A stretch of DNA of 64,000 nt from Octopus vulgaris (Eukaryota). The number at the start of each line of letters is the position of its first letter. Position 1 is the first letter of the stretch. The position numbers and the translations under genes were made by a program. Below, piece by piece: positions 51,534 through 64,000 of this stretch. The notes under the pieces are model-generated. The model made no database searches and was not told the DNA's origin. It was given only the letters and a program-made list of their open reading frames with translations. The DNA lies in NCBI GenBank assembly GCA_951406725.2, contig OX597824.1, forward strand, positions 17,856,001-17,920,000. The letters are read 5' to 3'.

Positions 51534-52258
51534 CTTATTTTTATTGACCCCGAAAGGATGAAAGGTAAAGTTGACTTGGGTGAAATTTGAACGTGAAGAC
51601 TGACGAAATGCCGTTGAGCATCTCGCCCTTCTTGCTAACGACTCCGAAATAATGAAAAGCTGTTTGAATAGCAATATCGCAGTGGAATTTGAACCTCGAA
51701 TATCAAGAGCCGTTACTAAATACTGCATGGCAATTTGTCCAACGATATACCTATTTCTTTACTGCCCACAAGGGGCTAAACACAGAGACGACAAACAAGG
51801 ACCGACAAATGGATTAAGTTGATTACATTGACTCCAGTGCGTAACTGGTACCTATTTAATAGACCCCGAAAGGATGAAAGGCAAAGTGTCCTCGGCGGAA
51901 TTTGAACTCAGAACGTAACGGCAGACGAAACACCTATTTCTTTACTACCCACAAGGAGCTTAACACAGAGAAGACAAACAAGGACAGACGAATGGATTAA
52001 GTCGATTACATCGACCCCAGTGCGTAAATGGTACTTATTTAATGGACCCCGAAAGGATGAAAAGCAAAGTCGACCTCGGCGGAATTTGAACTCAGAACGT
52101 AGCGGCAGACGAAATACCGATGAGCCTTTCACCCATCTTGATAACGACTCTGAAATAATGAAAAGCTGTATGAGCAGTAATGCCACAGTGGAATTTGAAC
52201 CTCGAATATCAGGAGCCGTTAGTAAATACTGCATGGCAATTTGTCCACCGATATACCG
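51534..52258 (-). mobile_element. Old SINE B plus a SINE B dimer flanked by a ~150-bp direct repeat
   Basis: 51602-51751 duplicated at 52108-52258; two units lie between them. Confidence 0.85.
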
Positions 52259-52503
52259 TTGCTGACAGTTCCAGAACTCTTCATAAATATTAATGAAAAA
52301 AGAAAAGAAAAAGAATGAAACTGTGTATCTCCTATACATGGAATCTGATCTAAACTAACGTTAAGGCTTTTAAAGACTTCTGTGCGCCTCTGGTGTAGCT
52401 AGCGAGCAAGTAAACTTCTTGAAAAGTGACAACAAGGCGGCGAAACATTTTCACATTTTCGAATCATTCATTAATAACAGATTCGGTCTTTTGAGAAGTC
52501 AGT

Positions 52504-52518
52504 GATGCCCCCTAGTGA
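52504..52518 (-). promoter_or_regulatory. CTCF-like site
   Basis: Minus strand TCACTAGGGGGCAT, 2 mismatches to CCASYAGRKGGCRS, in unique DNA. Confidence 0.3.
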
Positions 52519-52725
52519 GATTCAGTGTAAAATATAATTTGTTTGCCTCTTTGGCTGATTCGGTTTTCGTTCGGTTTTTCAATATTTTTAATTTTATTTC
52601 ATTTCCTGAATATTTACGTGAAGTTTCGTGAAGTAAATACCTAACAAGTCTTTTCAAGCTTCCATCACAACACAACGTTATTTTATGATTTTTATATAAA
52701 CGCAGTGTAGCTAGCAGACCAACAT

Positions 52726-52767
<42 letters not shown>

Positions 52768-53692
52768 AACTACTACTACTACTTGTTTTTAATATTTCTA
52801 TAGGTATATTTTTTGTTCGTTGCTATCTCTTGAGTTTCATAGAGATTCAACGGAAGTGAGCAAATGTCATTCATAATCATTTGTTTTAAAGGCAAAATAA
52901 ATAAATGGAAAGACAAACCAACAGAAATGGCCTCATGGTGTCAATAGTGTTGTAGGTTTTACAGGAAAAACAAACAACTTTTCTTCCGTTACAAAACACA
53001 AACTTTCTTTCAAATTTATCATATTATTTTGGAAAAAGAAAGAAAAGCAAAACAACAACAAAAGAAACAAAAAAACAATAAAGCAAAAAAAAAATTTGTT
53101 CATTCACAAATATTGAGTTAAATTTATTGGAATATAATATGAAATTGTAATTAAATGTATATACTTAATCATTTGTCGTTGAATTAATAAATGGATTATC
53201 TTTCAAAATATTATTGCAACTGAAACGTATCAACTGTTTCAACCTTGTAGATTGAGAGTAACGAATATAAATTGATAAAGACTTTAATAGCCATTGTGTT
53301 TTAACCCTCTACCAATTTGAGGTAGCGGATCGAGTCTGTACGAGTTTCAAGTGAGTCTAATATTACGCGTTTTGTACTGTTCATAGTGACAGAGTTAGCT
53401 ACAGAATAACATCATCAATCTCGTTCACCATACACGACTTCCTTTTCCTCTATCTCGATAGATGTTCAGTGTAACGAGCGACCATCTTGTATGCCACGTA
53501 TTTTGCTATAATTCCCAATAATTTCTCCACAGAATGTTTCCCATTTAGTATTTCCTACTTGGAAACCCTGTTCCAACTGTTTTAATTTGAACGCCACCAT
53601 CTGCATCAGTAACAAACGGCACGTATATGATATGTACAGCAATGTACCTTCTCATTAAATACTAATGATGATGATGATGATGATGATTATAA

Positions 53693-53743
<51 letters not shown>

Positions 53744-53774
53744 TAATAATAATAATAATAATAATCGTAGCTAT

Positions 53775-53950
53775 AGGCGTAAAGTGGCTGTGTGGTTAGT
53801 AGCTTGCTTACGAACAAACATGGTTCCGAGTTCAGTCCCACTGCGTGGCACCTTGGACAAGTGTCTTCAACTATAGCCTCAGGCCGACCAAGGCCGTGTG
53901 AGTGGATTTGGTAGACGGAAACTAAAGGATGCCCGTCGTATATAAGTATT

Positions 53951-54003
<53 letters not shown>

Positions 54004-54209
54004 TTGTGTGTCTTTGTTTGTCCCCCCAACATCGCTTGACAACCGATGCTGGTATGTTTACGTCCTCGTAACTTAGCGGTTCCGTAAAAGAGACAGATAG
54101 AATAAGTACTAGACTTACAAAGAATAAGTCCTGGAGTTGGTTTGCTCGACTAAAGGCGGTGCTCCAACATGGCCACAGTCAAATGGCTGAAACATAAAAG
54201 AGTAAAAGA
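53775..54209 (+). mobile_element. SINE family A
   Basis: Full-length match with internal (TG)n. Confidence 0.9.
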
Positions 54210-54254
54210 ATGATAATAACAACAATAATAATAATAATCATAATAATATAAGAT

Positions 54255-54900
54255 GATTCAGGCAAAAGACCATGATTTTTATACCGACCCCATTACATGA
54301 CTAGTACCTTGTTTTATCAATACCGAAGTGATGTCAGGCAAAACTGACCGCATCGGGATCTGATTTCAGAATGTAACGAGACGTATCAAAATCGTTAGGC
54401 CTTTTCCAACGCGCTAACAGTTCTGACAATCCAATGCCCCAATAAATACTTACGTTGCTGCTGCTACAGATGATGATGATGATGATGATGATGATAATGT
54501 TAAATGCGATGGTGGAGGCGGTGGCGATTAATAATCTTTTCTTCTACAGACAAAAGACCTGAAATTTTGGGAGAAGAGGGTATTTGATTACATCGAACCA
54601 AGTGCTTTTATCGAACCCCAAATGGAGGAAGTTCAAACTCGGCCTCGGTGGCATTTGAACTCAGAACGTAAAGTTGGACGAAATGGCGCTAAGCATTTTG
54701 TACGATGTGTTATCGATCCTGCCAGCTCGCCGCCTTAGGTGATAATTAATATTTGTAATAATTGTTTCAAAATTTGGCAATACGTATGCACTTTTAGCTG
54801 AGGTGTTTTATTTCATTACATCAACCTTTGTATTAAACTGGTATTATATGTTATTAGCAGAAAGGTAAAGCTGACCTAGTCAAGAATTCTGATTTATAAC
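54255..54900 (-). mobile_element. Three degenerate SINE B-like copies
   Basis: CCTGCCAGCTCGCCGCC head at about 54737, TTTGAACTCAGAACGTAA remnants. Confidence 0.65.
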
Positions 54901-55629
54901 TAACGAGTCTCTTAAACTACTACTCCCCAAAATAAAGGGGGAAAAAGAATAACAAATGAAAACTACTTCCATTTGATGGATAACAGTATTCTAATTTGTA
55001 AACACCCTTTAAAAGAATGAAAGCCCCTTATTTGGGAACGACTACAATGCCTATGAGATTAAACTAAAAATTCTTTACACCAATAAATATTTTCCTGAAA
55101 TTTTTTGAGAATATTTATGTAGGCGAAAATGTTTTCTTAATACATAGAAAAAATATGAAATTTAGTTCAAAAGTAACGCAGCAAATATGGCGGATAATGC
55201 TTCAGAAACGTGTTTCTTTTTAGATTTTTGAAACAGAGGAAGAAGATTGCATGTCACAGATTTGCAGAACCAAACTATCCGGGGGGAATGAATGAACTAA
55301 GTAATATTCATTGTAAATGTGTGTTCCGAATGACTGCCAAATTCTAAATTCGGCTAGATTTACCGAGGGCCAGTAAATGGTGTTAAACTTTGGGGCTGTA
55401 ACTCCTGCTGTCAACTAGTACAGCGCGGGATCACTTTCCGAGGAGTTAACGCCTACTGGATTTAAATTACAAACCTTTGGTTCAAGCCATTTCCCTCAAG
55501 TGCAGCACAATGTAACCAAACACTGAAACCACGTGATTATTTGTCAAATCATACAGCTATGTCAGCACCCATATATTTTGTAGAAACCAAGGTACCATTC
55601 GACATTTGGCATATATTAGTGCAAATATT

Positions 55630-55757
<128 letters not shown>

Positions 55758-55759
55758 GG

Positions 55760-55822
<63 letters not shown>

Positions 55823-56319
55823 TAGATTTAGCGGCTGGAATAACCCTGTAAGGGATAAGAATATCCGTTTATATAATGTACTGATCCGTGATAGAGAATA
55901 CAAGCAAAAAGCACACCTAAAAGTGAGAGATAAATATTGTTTTCTATTCTAGGCACAAGGCTCGGAATTTTTGGAGAGGGGGCCACTAGATTGTCATGAC
56001 GAACTAGAGGAATTGAATAACAGAAGAAATCAACCTAGTTTGGTACCCTATATATATGAGAACTCATAGATATATATATGGCTCCATTGAAAATTTAGAA
56101 TGTGAAAAACAAGAAGAAAATGGAGAGATATAGATCTGAATTGATTTATTAACATGTAGTTAATAAAAATGCTTAAAATTGTTTTAATTTTACTCAATGA
56201 TAATTACATATTTATAAATAAAATATAATTTGCCTTTAGACTATTACATGTGTAAACTTTCATCAGGGTATTATGACATAAAGGGAATATTATATGTTGT
56301 CAGGTTGACATTGGATGTA

Positions 56320-56367
<48 letters not shown>

Positions 56368-57135
56368 TATATGTATATATATATATGTATATATATATAT
56401 ATTTTTTTCCCTTGCATGCATATCTATATATGAATAGGTATATATAGACGCAAACACGCATACAAATATATGTATGCACACGCTGATAAATACTTACACA
56501 CATATAGATATGAAGGTGTACACACAAACACATACACACACACACACAATTTATGTACAATTTCAGACACTAAACGCTACTTTATAACTCCACTGTTCGA
56601 GTTTGCTAAAAATTTGCGTTCAGTTCAATCGCTTGTTTTCCAACAATAAATTCATTTTTATTACGTATTTGTTATTATGATATAGCGATACAGAAACAAT
56701 AAACACTACAGAAATCAATGAAAATTTATAGGTATAAATCATAAATTAAACCAAAGAGAACTTTAGAAGATGCATATTTTTATTGTATAATATAAAAATT
56801 TTCTTTAGAAAAATATAGAAAAATTTGTTTTGTTTAACAATCTCCAGTGCAGCTCAGCTAATGAAGATATATTAAAATCACCTGCAAAAAGAAAGTGTTC
56901 CGGTGTAAAGATACAGTTTCTTAATTGCTTATAATCGACTTGTTTGTGTTCTCTATATGACCACTTACTTAGGAATTAGGTTACCAATTTCCACGCACTC
57001 CTCTATTCTCGTTGTTCCTATTTGAGATAAAGAAATCTTCAGGTCTTCTGCTAGGTGAACCAAATGAAGTAGCAGATATCACAAAAATTACTCTTAAATC
57101 AGGACCCGTCGTCTAAGAAAAATAATATAAAAATA

Positions 57136-57700
57136 TTTGGTTGTCCGGAAAGTTCGTGCCGATTTTTAAAGGAAAGAAAAAGATCAATAAATACTTGCCA
57201 TTACATTTTTAATCAACCAAATATTAACCATTTTGTTGCACAATGCGTCTTCATCTTTCCTTCGACTTGAAAATACCCTCTTCCCAGAATTGAGGTGGTT
57301 TCGTGGCAAAGAATTCATCAAGGTATCTTTTTACGTCATCCAAGGAATTGAAATTTTCACCATTAAGACTATTCTGCAGAAACCTGAATAAGTGGAAATC
57401 CGAAGGAGCAATATCTGGTGAATATGGAGGGTGGGGTAACACATCCCAGCCGAGCTGCAGCAATTTTTGTCTGGTTCTCAAAGCATCAAGTGCCGAAAAT
57501 GAACTTTCCTATCTTCCATTTTAAAGGGTTACAGATTTAACACAGGTTATAGAACATAAACCTTCTTCCACCAAAATATATCTTAAACTGTGCTCTAAAT
57601 GAAGGTTTAGTCAAATCATATTTCATGGAATCAACCATGTTCTAAACTAAGTCGAAAGGTAAGCTACTATAAATCGGCACGAACTTTCCGGGCAATGCAA
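57136..57700 (-). mobile_element. Internally deleted mariner transposon with both TIRs
   Basis: 30-bp TIRs (CCGGAAAGTTCGTGCCGATTT), TA TSD; transposase C-terminus QKLLQLGWDVLPHPPYSPDIAPSDFHLFRFLQNSL..FWEEGI at 57251-57475. Confidence 0.92.
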
Positions 57701-57729
57701 TATATAAACAGATATATAATTATTTCTGT

Positions 57730-58435
57730 TTGAAGCATACAGCCAGTAATTTGATGGGAAGGGCTAGCCAATTACATCAACTGGTACTTATCTTACTGAC
57801 GCGGTAAGGATGAAAGGGTACGTTAATCTTTGAACGCAGTACGTAAAGGTGAGCTTAAATGCCTTAAATTATGTTGTCGTGCGTAGTAACGATTCTGCCA
57901 GACCAGGGCCTTTGTACATTGATAATGTTTCTTTCTACTATAGGGCACAATGCCTGAAATTTGAGGGGAGTGCTGCTAAACATTTAAGTGCCGCTAAACA
58001 TTATGTCAACGATACTGACGATTCTCCCACCCTCTTTTAATTATTCGCCGCCTTTAATAGATAATCTGTTCTACTATTGGATCAATGCCTAAAATTTCGG
58101 AGGAGGATGTAATCAATTAATTACATCGACCCACTATTTGACTGGTAACTATTTTATAGACCCCGAAAGAACGAAAAACAAATTGAACCACGCCGAAGTT
58201 TGAACTTAGAACGTAATGTCGGATGAAATGCTGCGAAGCAACTAGATAAATAATCCTTTCTATTGTAGGTGCACGGCCTGGTGGAGGGGACAAGTTGATT
58301 ATATTGAGCCCAGTACGCAGGATGAAAGGTAAATTCGATCTCCACAACATTTGAACGCAGAACGTAAAGACGGACGAAATGCCGCTAATCATTTTGCCCC
58401 ATTGTGCTCACGTTTGTGCCAGCTTGCCACCTTAA
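57730..58435 (-). mobile_element. Cluster of old SINE B-like copies
   Basis: Repeated CTGGTA(C)TT..GGATGAAAGG..TTTGAAC..AGAACGTAA remnants. Confidence 0.65.
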
Positions 58436-59182
58436 CTGGGCAAATAATAGAAATGATACAGGGTGGATAACATCACTCTGGGATTCCTGCTGTGATGGTC
58501 AAAATTGGAAACGGCTTTCAATGAAAGTAAAGTAATTTCATTCCGTATTAAATTAAAGCGAAGCGATGCCTGCAGCACATTCAGTTTTCACAGCACAATA
58601 AGGAAGTCTCTACATGGTAGTTAGAACTGCTGGAAATACCAGCTAACCAACCTCAAAACGTACAATATGTAAATATTGGATGTAGTATTCATACATATCC
58701 TAATAAAAAGAGGATACTCATGACTGGCACAAAAAGCACATCTTTCATTTACACGGAAAAATGCGGGAGTCTTTAGATGGTAATTCAAATTTGTAGAAAT
58801 ACCAGCTAAGCTTCCTTTCAATCACACGCTACAGTCTTGGAATTACGATGGAAGTATTAGTTGCAGTATTCATACAGATACTTACAAAGTTGGGACGGTC
58901 GAGGATGGAAGGCTAAGGCTTATGCTTCAATAGACAAAACTGCCATTGATTTACAAACAATAGACATATAAACCTGTACATATTATTGGTGACACAATAT
59001 AGGATTTCAATGAATGATAACTTCTGAAGAATATAGAAATAGTGCCGTTCATTGAACAGAAGCCATGCTGTATTATATTCGTTCATACAATGATCCACGT
59101 GCGTACTTCCACAAAGCATGTATTTCTTAAATTTAAGCATTAAAAATACCAAAGCACTTACCAATGGTATTTATGTTTCAAA

Positions 59183-59583
59183 AGGCGACGAGGTGACAGA
59201 AACGTTAGCATGCCGGGCGAAATGCTTGTCTGTCCTCTCTGTGTTTAGCCCCTTGTGGGTACTAAAGAAATAGGTATTTCGTCTGGCATTACGTTCTGAG
59301 TTCAAATTCCGCCGAGGTCGACTTTGCCTTTCAAAAAAGAAAAAAAAAAGTCGAGCTGGCAGAAACGTTAGCACGCCGAGAGAAATGCTTAGCGGTATTT
59401 CGTCTGCCGTTACGTTGTGAGTTCAAGTTCCGCCGAGGTGGACTTTGCTTTTCATCCTTTTGCGGTTAATTAAATAAGTACCAGTTACGCACTAGGTCGA
59501 TATAATCGACTTAATCCGTTTGCCTGTCCTTGTTTGTCGCCTCTATCTTTAGCCCCTTGTGGGTAGTAAAGAAATGGGTATTT
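59183..59583 (+). mobile_element. Rearranged SINE B composite
   Basis: 17-bp TSD GGTATTTATGTTTCAAA at 59166-59182 and 59577-59593; head-tail-junction-body, then a second full copy. Confidence 0.88.
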
Positions 59584-59640
59584 ATGTTTCAAATCGTTTG
59601 ATTTTCCTAATTTCATTTATCGTGGATATTTGATCAAAAC

Positions 59641-59763
59641 CAGTGGTTCTCAACCGGGGTCTATAAGGTCCCTGAGGGTCCGTATAAGATTTTTGCGGGT
59701 CCAGCAGGATAAAATAGTAATCAAAGGGGTCCATTTATTAAAAGAAATGGTTGAGAAACACTT
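59641..59763. mobile_element. hAT (Charlie-like) MITE
   Basis: TIR CAGTGGTTCTCAACC / GGTTGAGAAACACT; internal GGGTCC repeats; TSD not retained. Confidence 0.7.
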
Positions 59764-60240
59764 ACCTAATTCGTATTAATATAAAATGTAGATTATATAC
59801 TTTGTATTTAATTGAATACTGTAATTATTTTGCTGCCAGTGCAAATATCTAAGTAAATAATTAACCAACCGCTTCATTGATCAATGACGAATTGTTCATA
59901 CTACTACAAAGGTATAACAAAATTTAGACAGGAGTAATTAACCGATTTGATATATAAAACAATCAGCTTTGTTTCCTTTCTATCGCGTTTGTTATAACTC
60001 ATTTACGCTAACGTCCATTACAAATTGTCCATCGAGCTATGAAACCCCAACGTGGTTGGTCAGTCAATTATCAAAGAAATAAGAAACAGTAATGAAAGAT
60101 AGAAACCTATTGAAATGGTAAGTAGAGTACTGATGTATGTATCTTTCCGTCTATGTCTGTATGTAGGTATGTATGTATGCATGTACATTTTGTAGGTATG
60201 TGTGTTTGTATGAATGTATGTTTATATACATAGATACATA

Positions 60241-60457
60241 CAAGGGGCAACTGTAGAGCTTCTAGATTTAAGGGTGTCGCAAAAGGCCTGGCTGAAGGCC
60301 CAACCTTCCGAATTCTGTTACAGGGCTTAGAAAAACGGAACAACGCTGCAATAAGTTTGTGAATCTGAAAGTAGAAAATGTTGAATGAAATCGTAATTAA
60401 CTAATCCTCCTCTATATTTTTTTTACCCAAAGCCAGGAACTTTTCAGCAACTTCTCG
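60241..60457 (+). mobile_element. Mariner-derived MITE (homolog of 34483-34699)
   Basis: Shared AGGCCCAAC..CCGA..AGGGCTTAG..CGCTGCAATAA; TA TSD. Confidence 0.75.
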
Positions 60458-60746
60458 TATATCATCGACCGCACATACTGAATGCCTGTGTTTTATTTGT
60501 TCTCCGGTTCACTGTGACATAGCGCTTGGGGGGCGGCTGCCTCATTACGCTGGATGCTAAAACATCTGAACGTCATAGACAAACCAGATAACTCACCTCA
60601 GTTATAACTAAGGAGTGATGGACTTCGCCTCAGTTGTAATTAAGGAGTGATGGACTTCGCCATCTTTGTGGCTTATCAACGTCACGTACGGGAAGCGAAC
60701 CGGGGATGAATCACAGCAGTCTCTCCCTATATACAAGTAGTGTAAA

Positions 60747-60985
60747 AAAATTAGGAGGTGAGGTGGCAGAAACGTTAGCACGCCGAGCTGAATACCTTGC
60801 GGTATTTCGTCTGCTGCTAAGTTCTAAGTTCAAATTCTGTTGAGGTCAACGTTGCCTTTCAGCCTTTCGGGGTCGATAAATAAAGTACTAGTTTCTCACC
60901 GGAGTCGATATAATCGACTTAATCCGTTTGTCTGTCCTTGTTTGTGCCCTCTGTGTTTAGCCTCTTGTGGACAATAAAGAAATAT
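60747..60985 (+). mobile_element. SINE family B monomer
   Basis: TSD TATATACAA(G/A)TAGTGTAAAAAAA on both sides. Confidence 0.88.
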
Positions 60986-61294
60986 ATATACAAATAGTGT
61001 AAAAAAAATATGTATTACTGAAACACCAAAGACGATCTAGTGACCAAGTGGGTGGGATAGCCACTGAAAACGGTGCGATGGCGACAAAAGAACTTTGACG
61101 AAGAACAGCAACGACAACACAAAAAAAAACGAAAAAGAAAAAAAACGATTGCCAGTTTGACCAAAAAGTTAAAGAAACGAACTTTTAGTTAGTTGGATTG
61201 ATATATAACGAATTGATTAATAATAAAGAAGCTGAATTGAACCAGTGCGTGTGTTATTAAATATTGGCGTAATGACCCTCCCAAGACACAACAA

Positions 61295-61440
61295 TGTATG
61301 TATGTATGTATATTTGTATTTATGTTTGTATGTAAGTATATATGTATGTATTTATGTATGTTTGTATGTATGTTTGTATGTACGTATGTATTTATGTATG
61401 TATGTATGTACGTATGTAAGTATGTATGTATGTATGTTTG

Positions 61441-61471
<31 letters not shown>

Positions 61472-61788
61472 GTATGTATGTTTGTATGTATGTATGTATG
61501 TATTTATGTAAGTATGTATGTATGTTTGTATGTATGTATGTAAGTATGTATGTATGTATATTTGTATGTATGTATGTAAGTATGTATGTATGTATGTATG
61601 TAAGTATGTATGTATGTATGTTTGTATGTATGTATGTAAGTATGTATCTATGTATTTATATATGTATGTATGTATGTATGTATGTAAGTATGTATGTATG
61701 TAAGTATGTATGTATGTAAGTATGTATGTATGTATGTATGTATGTTTGTATGTATGTATGTATGTTTGTATGTATGTATGTATGTAAG

Positions 61789-61819
<31 letters not shown>

Positions 61820-61860
61820 GTATGTATGCATGTATGTATGTATGTATGTATGTATGCATG

Positions 61861-61891
<31 letters not shown>

Positions 61892-62130
61892 GTATGTATG
61901 TATGTTTGTATGTATGTATGTATGTATGTATGTTTGTATCTATGTATGTAAGTATGTATGTTTGTATGTATGTATGTATGTATGTGTATGTATGTATGTA
62001 TGTATGTATGTATGTGTATGTATGTTTGTATGTATGTATGTATGTATGTATGTGTATGTATGTTTGTATGTATGTAAGTATGTATGTTTGTATGTATGTA
62101 TGTTTGTATGTATGTATGTATGTATGTTTG

Positions 62131-62161
<31 letters not shown>

Positions 62162-62217
62162 GTATTTATGTATGTATGTATGTAGGTATGTTTGTATGTA
62201 TGTATGTATGCATTATG

Positions 62218-62248
<31 letters not shown>

Positions 62249-62330
62249 GTATGTATGTTTGTATGTATGTATGTATGTATGTTTGTATGTAATTATGTAT
62301 GTATGTATTTATGTAATTATGTATGTATGC
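61295..62330. repeat. ~1-kb (TATG)n tetranucleotide satellite with TAAG/TTTG variants
   Basis: Directly visible. Confidence 0.97.
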
Positions 62331-63212
62331 ACGTGTATATGCTTGCCTCTATAAAGCAACAGAGTCGGGGAGACGAAATACGATGTAATAGATTGAAGAC
62401 AGTCAATTTATACTTCAACATACATTTGTTATTGTCAAGGATTCTTACACAAGTTAAGGACGTCAGTTCAAATTTCTCTTACACCGTGCTCTGTTTGTTC
62501 ACGTGTCCCCTTGAGTGATTAAATATTGCTAATTGATTTATTGAATAACAACAACAACAACTAAAAGCTCACGCTTTGTATGTAACACGATCTCTGTATG
62601 AGTAACTTTAATATGTTCCGTATCAAGTTTACGCCTTCCTACCGCCTTAACCTATTTGTTGATCTTTCATTATTCATGCTGATACACATATGAAATATTT
62701 ATGACTCCCGACCTTCGAGACTGGACAGGGCTGCCTAAAGAAGGAAAGATAACTAAAGAGAAAATAACATCTTTCTGCGTCAAATATATCTCATTTTCAT
62801 TCCCCCATCTGCACATTTTCTCCACCTACCATCTTTCTTCTCTCTCTCTCCTTCCCGTCGTTTCCCCCTCTCTGTCTGCACCCTTCTCTTTTACTTTCTG
62901 TCTCCCTTCTGTTACTCTATTTCTCTCTTCCTTCCTACATATTTTCATATATTACGCCCTCGTTCTCTCTAATACGGACTCGTCATCGAAGTGTTTCTCC
63001 CTGTCTATCCTTCCTCCTTATCTCCTTATACAACATTTAATCTCTTCTCCGTCTCGATTTCCATCTTTCTCTCTTTTTTTCTTTGTTTTTCTTTGTTTTG
63101 TTTTGTTTTGTTTTTGTCTCTTTTCGATTTCCTTCTGCACACGGACACTAGATACTTCACATCTTCACTGAACAAAAACAACAATAACAAATACAATGAG
63201 AGTAACAATGAT

Positions 63213-63247
<35 letters not shown>

Positions 63248-64000
63248 ACACACACACATACAAAAGAACAATAAACAACATTGTCAGCAGGAACAATAAC
63301 AATAGCACCAGCAGCAGCAACAGCAGCAGCAACGACAGCAATAACAACAGAATCAAAGCCAGAAGAACGAAGCAGTTGACACAGACGATATATTTACTCA
63401 TTCGGCGATTATTACAACAGTGTAAAATGTACTTTGATCTATGGATCTTGTCACTACATGCGTTACGTTGTATTCCCTTCGATGTTGGCGATCTCGTCTG
63501 TTGCCGTGTCCCACACCATGCATTTATTCTGAACAGAACAAATACAAAATAAATGTATTTCTTATAATGACAAGCTTTTCACCGTTTCTTGTGTACAAAT
63601 GATATAGTTGAATGTGTATAACAGCGTGTAGAATTAGAAACTATCCTCCTCTCTCACTCTCTCTCGCTTTCTTTCTGCATAATATGTAGCGTAGATACGT
63701 ACATGTACATATATACAGATACATAAATACATACATACGTATTAATTTTTATATCTATAAATAACACGCGTGTACGTCACGGGGTTAATTAGAAATAAAT
63801 TAAATGGGAGGAAAGGACAAAATTAGCTCAATAACATATTCTGCTCATGATGCTATGTACGTTAGACAACTACATAAATGTTTCCGCAGCATTAGAACTC
63901 TTCAGAAAATTATACGTTTTCCTTACCTGTCCAGTTTGATGAGAGAATCGCAAACTAAATGTAAAATGAAGGAAGTTAATCGATGTAAAATTAGCATATT

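Noticed and set aside
53305-53345. let-7 seed TGAGGTAG
   Set aside because: The rest of the mature sequence differs and there is only a 5-bp hairpin.
60596-60661. 32-bp tandem duplication CCTCAGTT(A/G)TAA(C/T)TAAGGAGTGATGGACTTCG
   Set aside because: Real, but only two copies; ordinary slippage with no further signal.

Overview
AT-rich eukaryotic non-coding DNA (intergenic or a very large intron), most likely from an octopus genome; this is inferred from recognising the SINE families and the extreme (TA)n/(TATG)n/(AAT)n load. I recognise no intact host protein-coding gene, and nearly all ORFs in the supplied track are microsatellite or SINE artefacts. The window is a mosaic of: four tRNA-headed SINE families (labelled A-D here); LINE relics (CR1-like, R4/Dong-like, and two internally deleted RTE-type elements); DNA transposon relics (mariner, Tigger-like, hAT, two Helitrons, a foldback MITE); and many short Penelope-like (PLE) termini in microsatellites. 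The most interesting signals are (i) three type I hammerhead ribozyme candidates on the minus strand, one inside a 146-bp insertion with its own 12-bp TSD and one upstream of a start peptide conserved among PLE copies; (ii) SINE B, built as one tRNA head plus n copies of a 184-bp unit with a fixed junction, often inserted at GGTAT targets, which suggests a multimeric or circular RNA template; (iii) modular head/body/tail shuffling among SINEs and their LINE partners; (iv) several long fold-back palindromes; and (v) a speculative minus-strand spliced transcript plus CTCF-like sites in the unique islands. Family assignments are by eye and need database confirmation.
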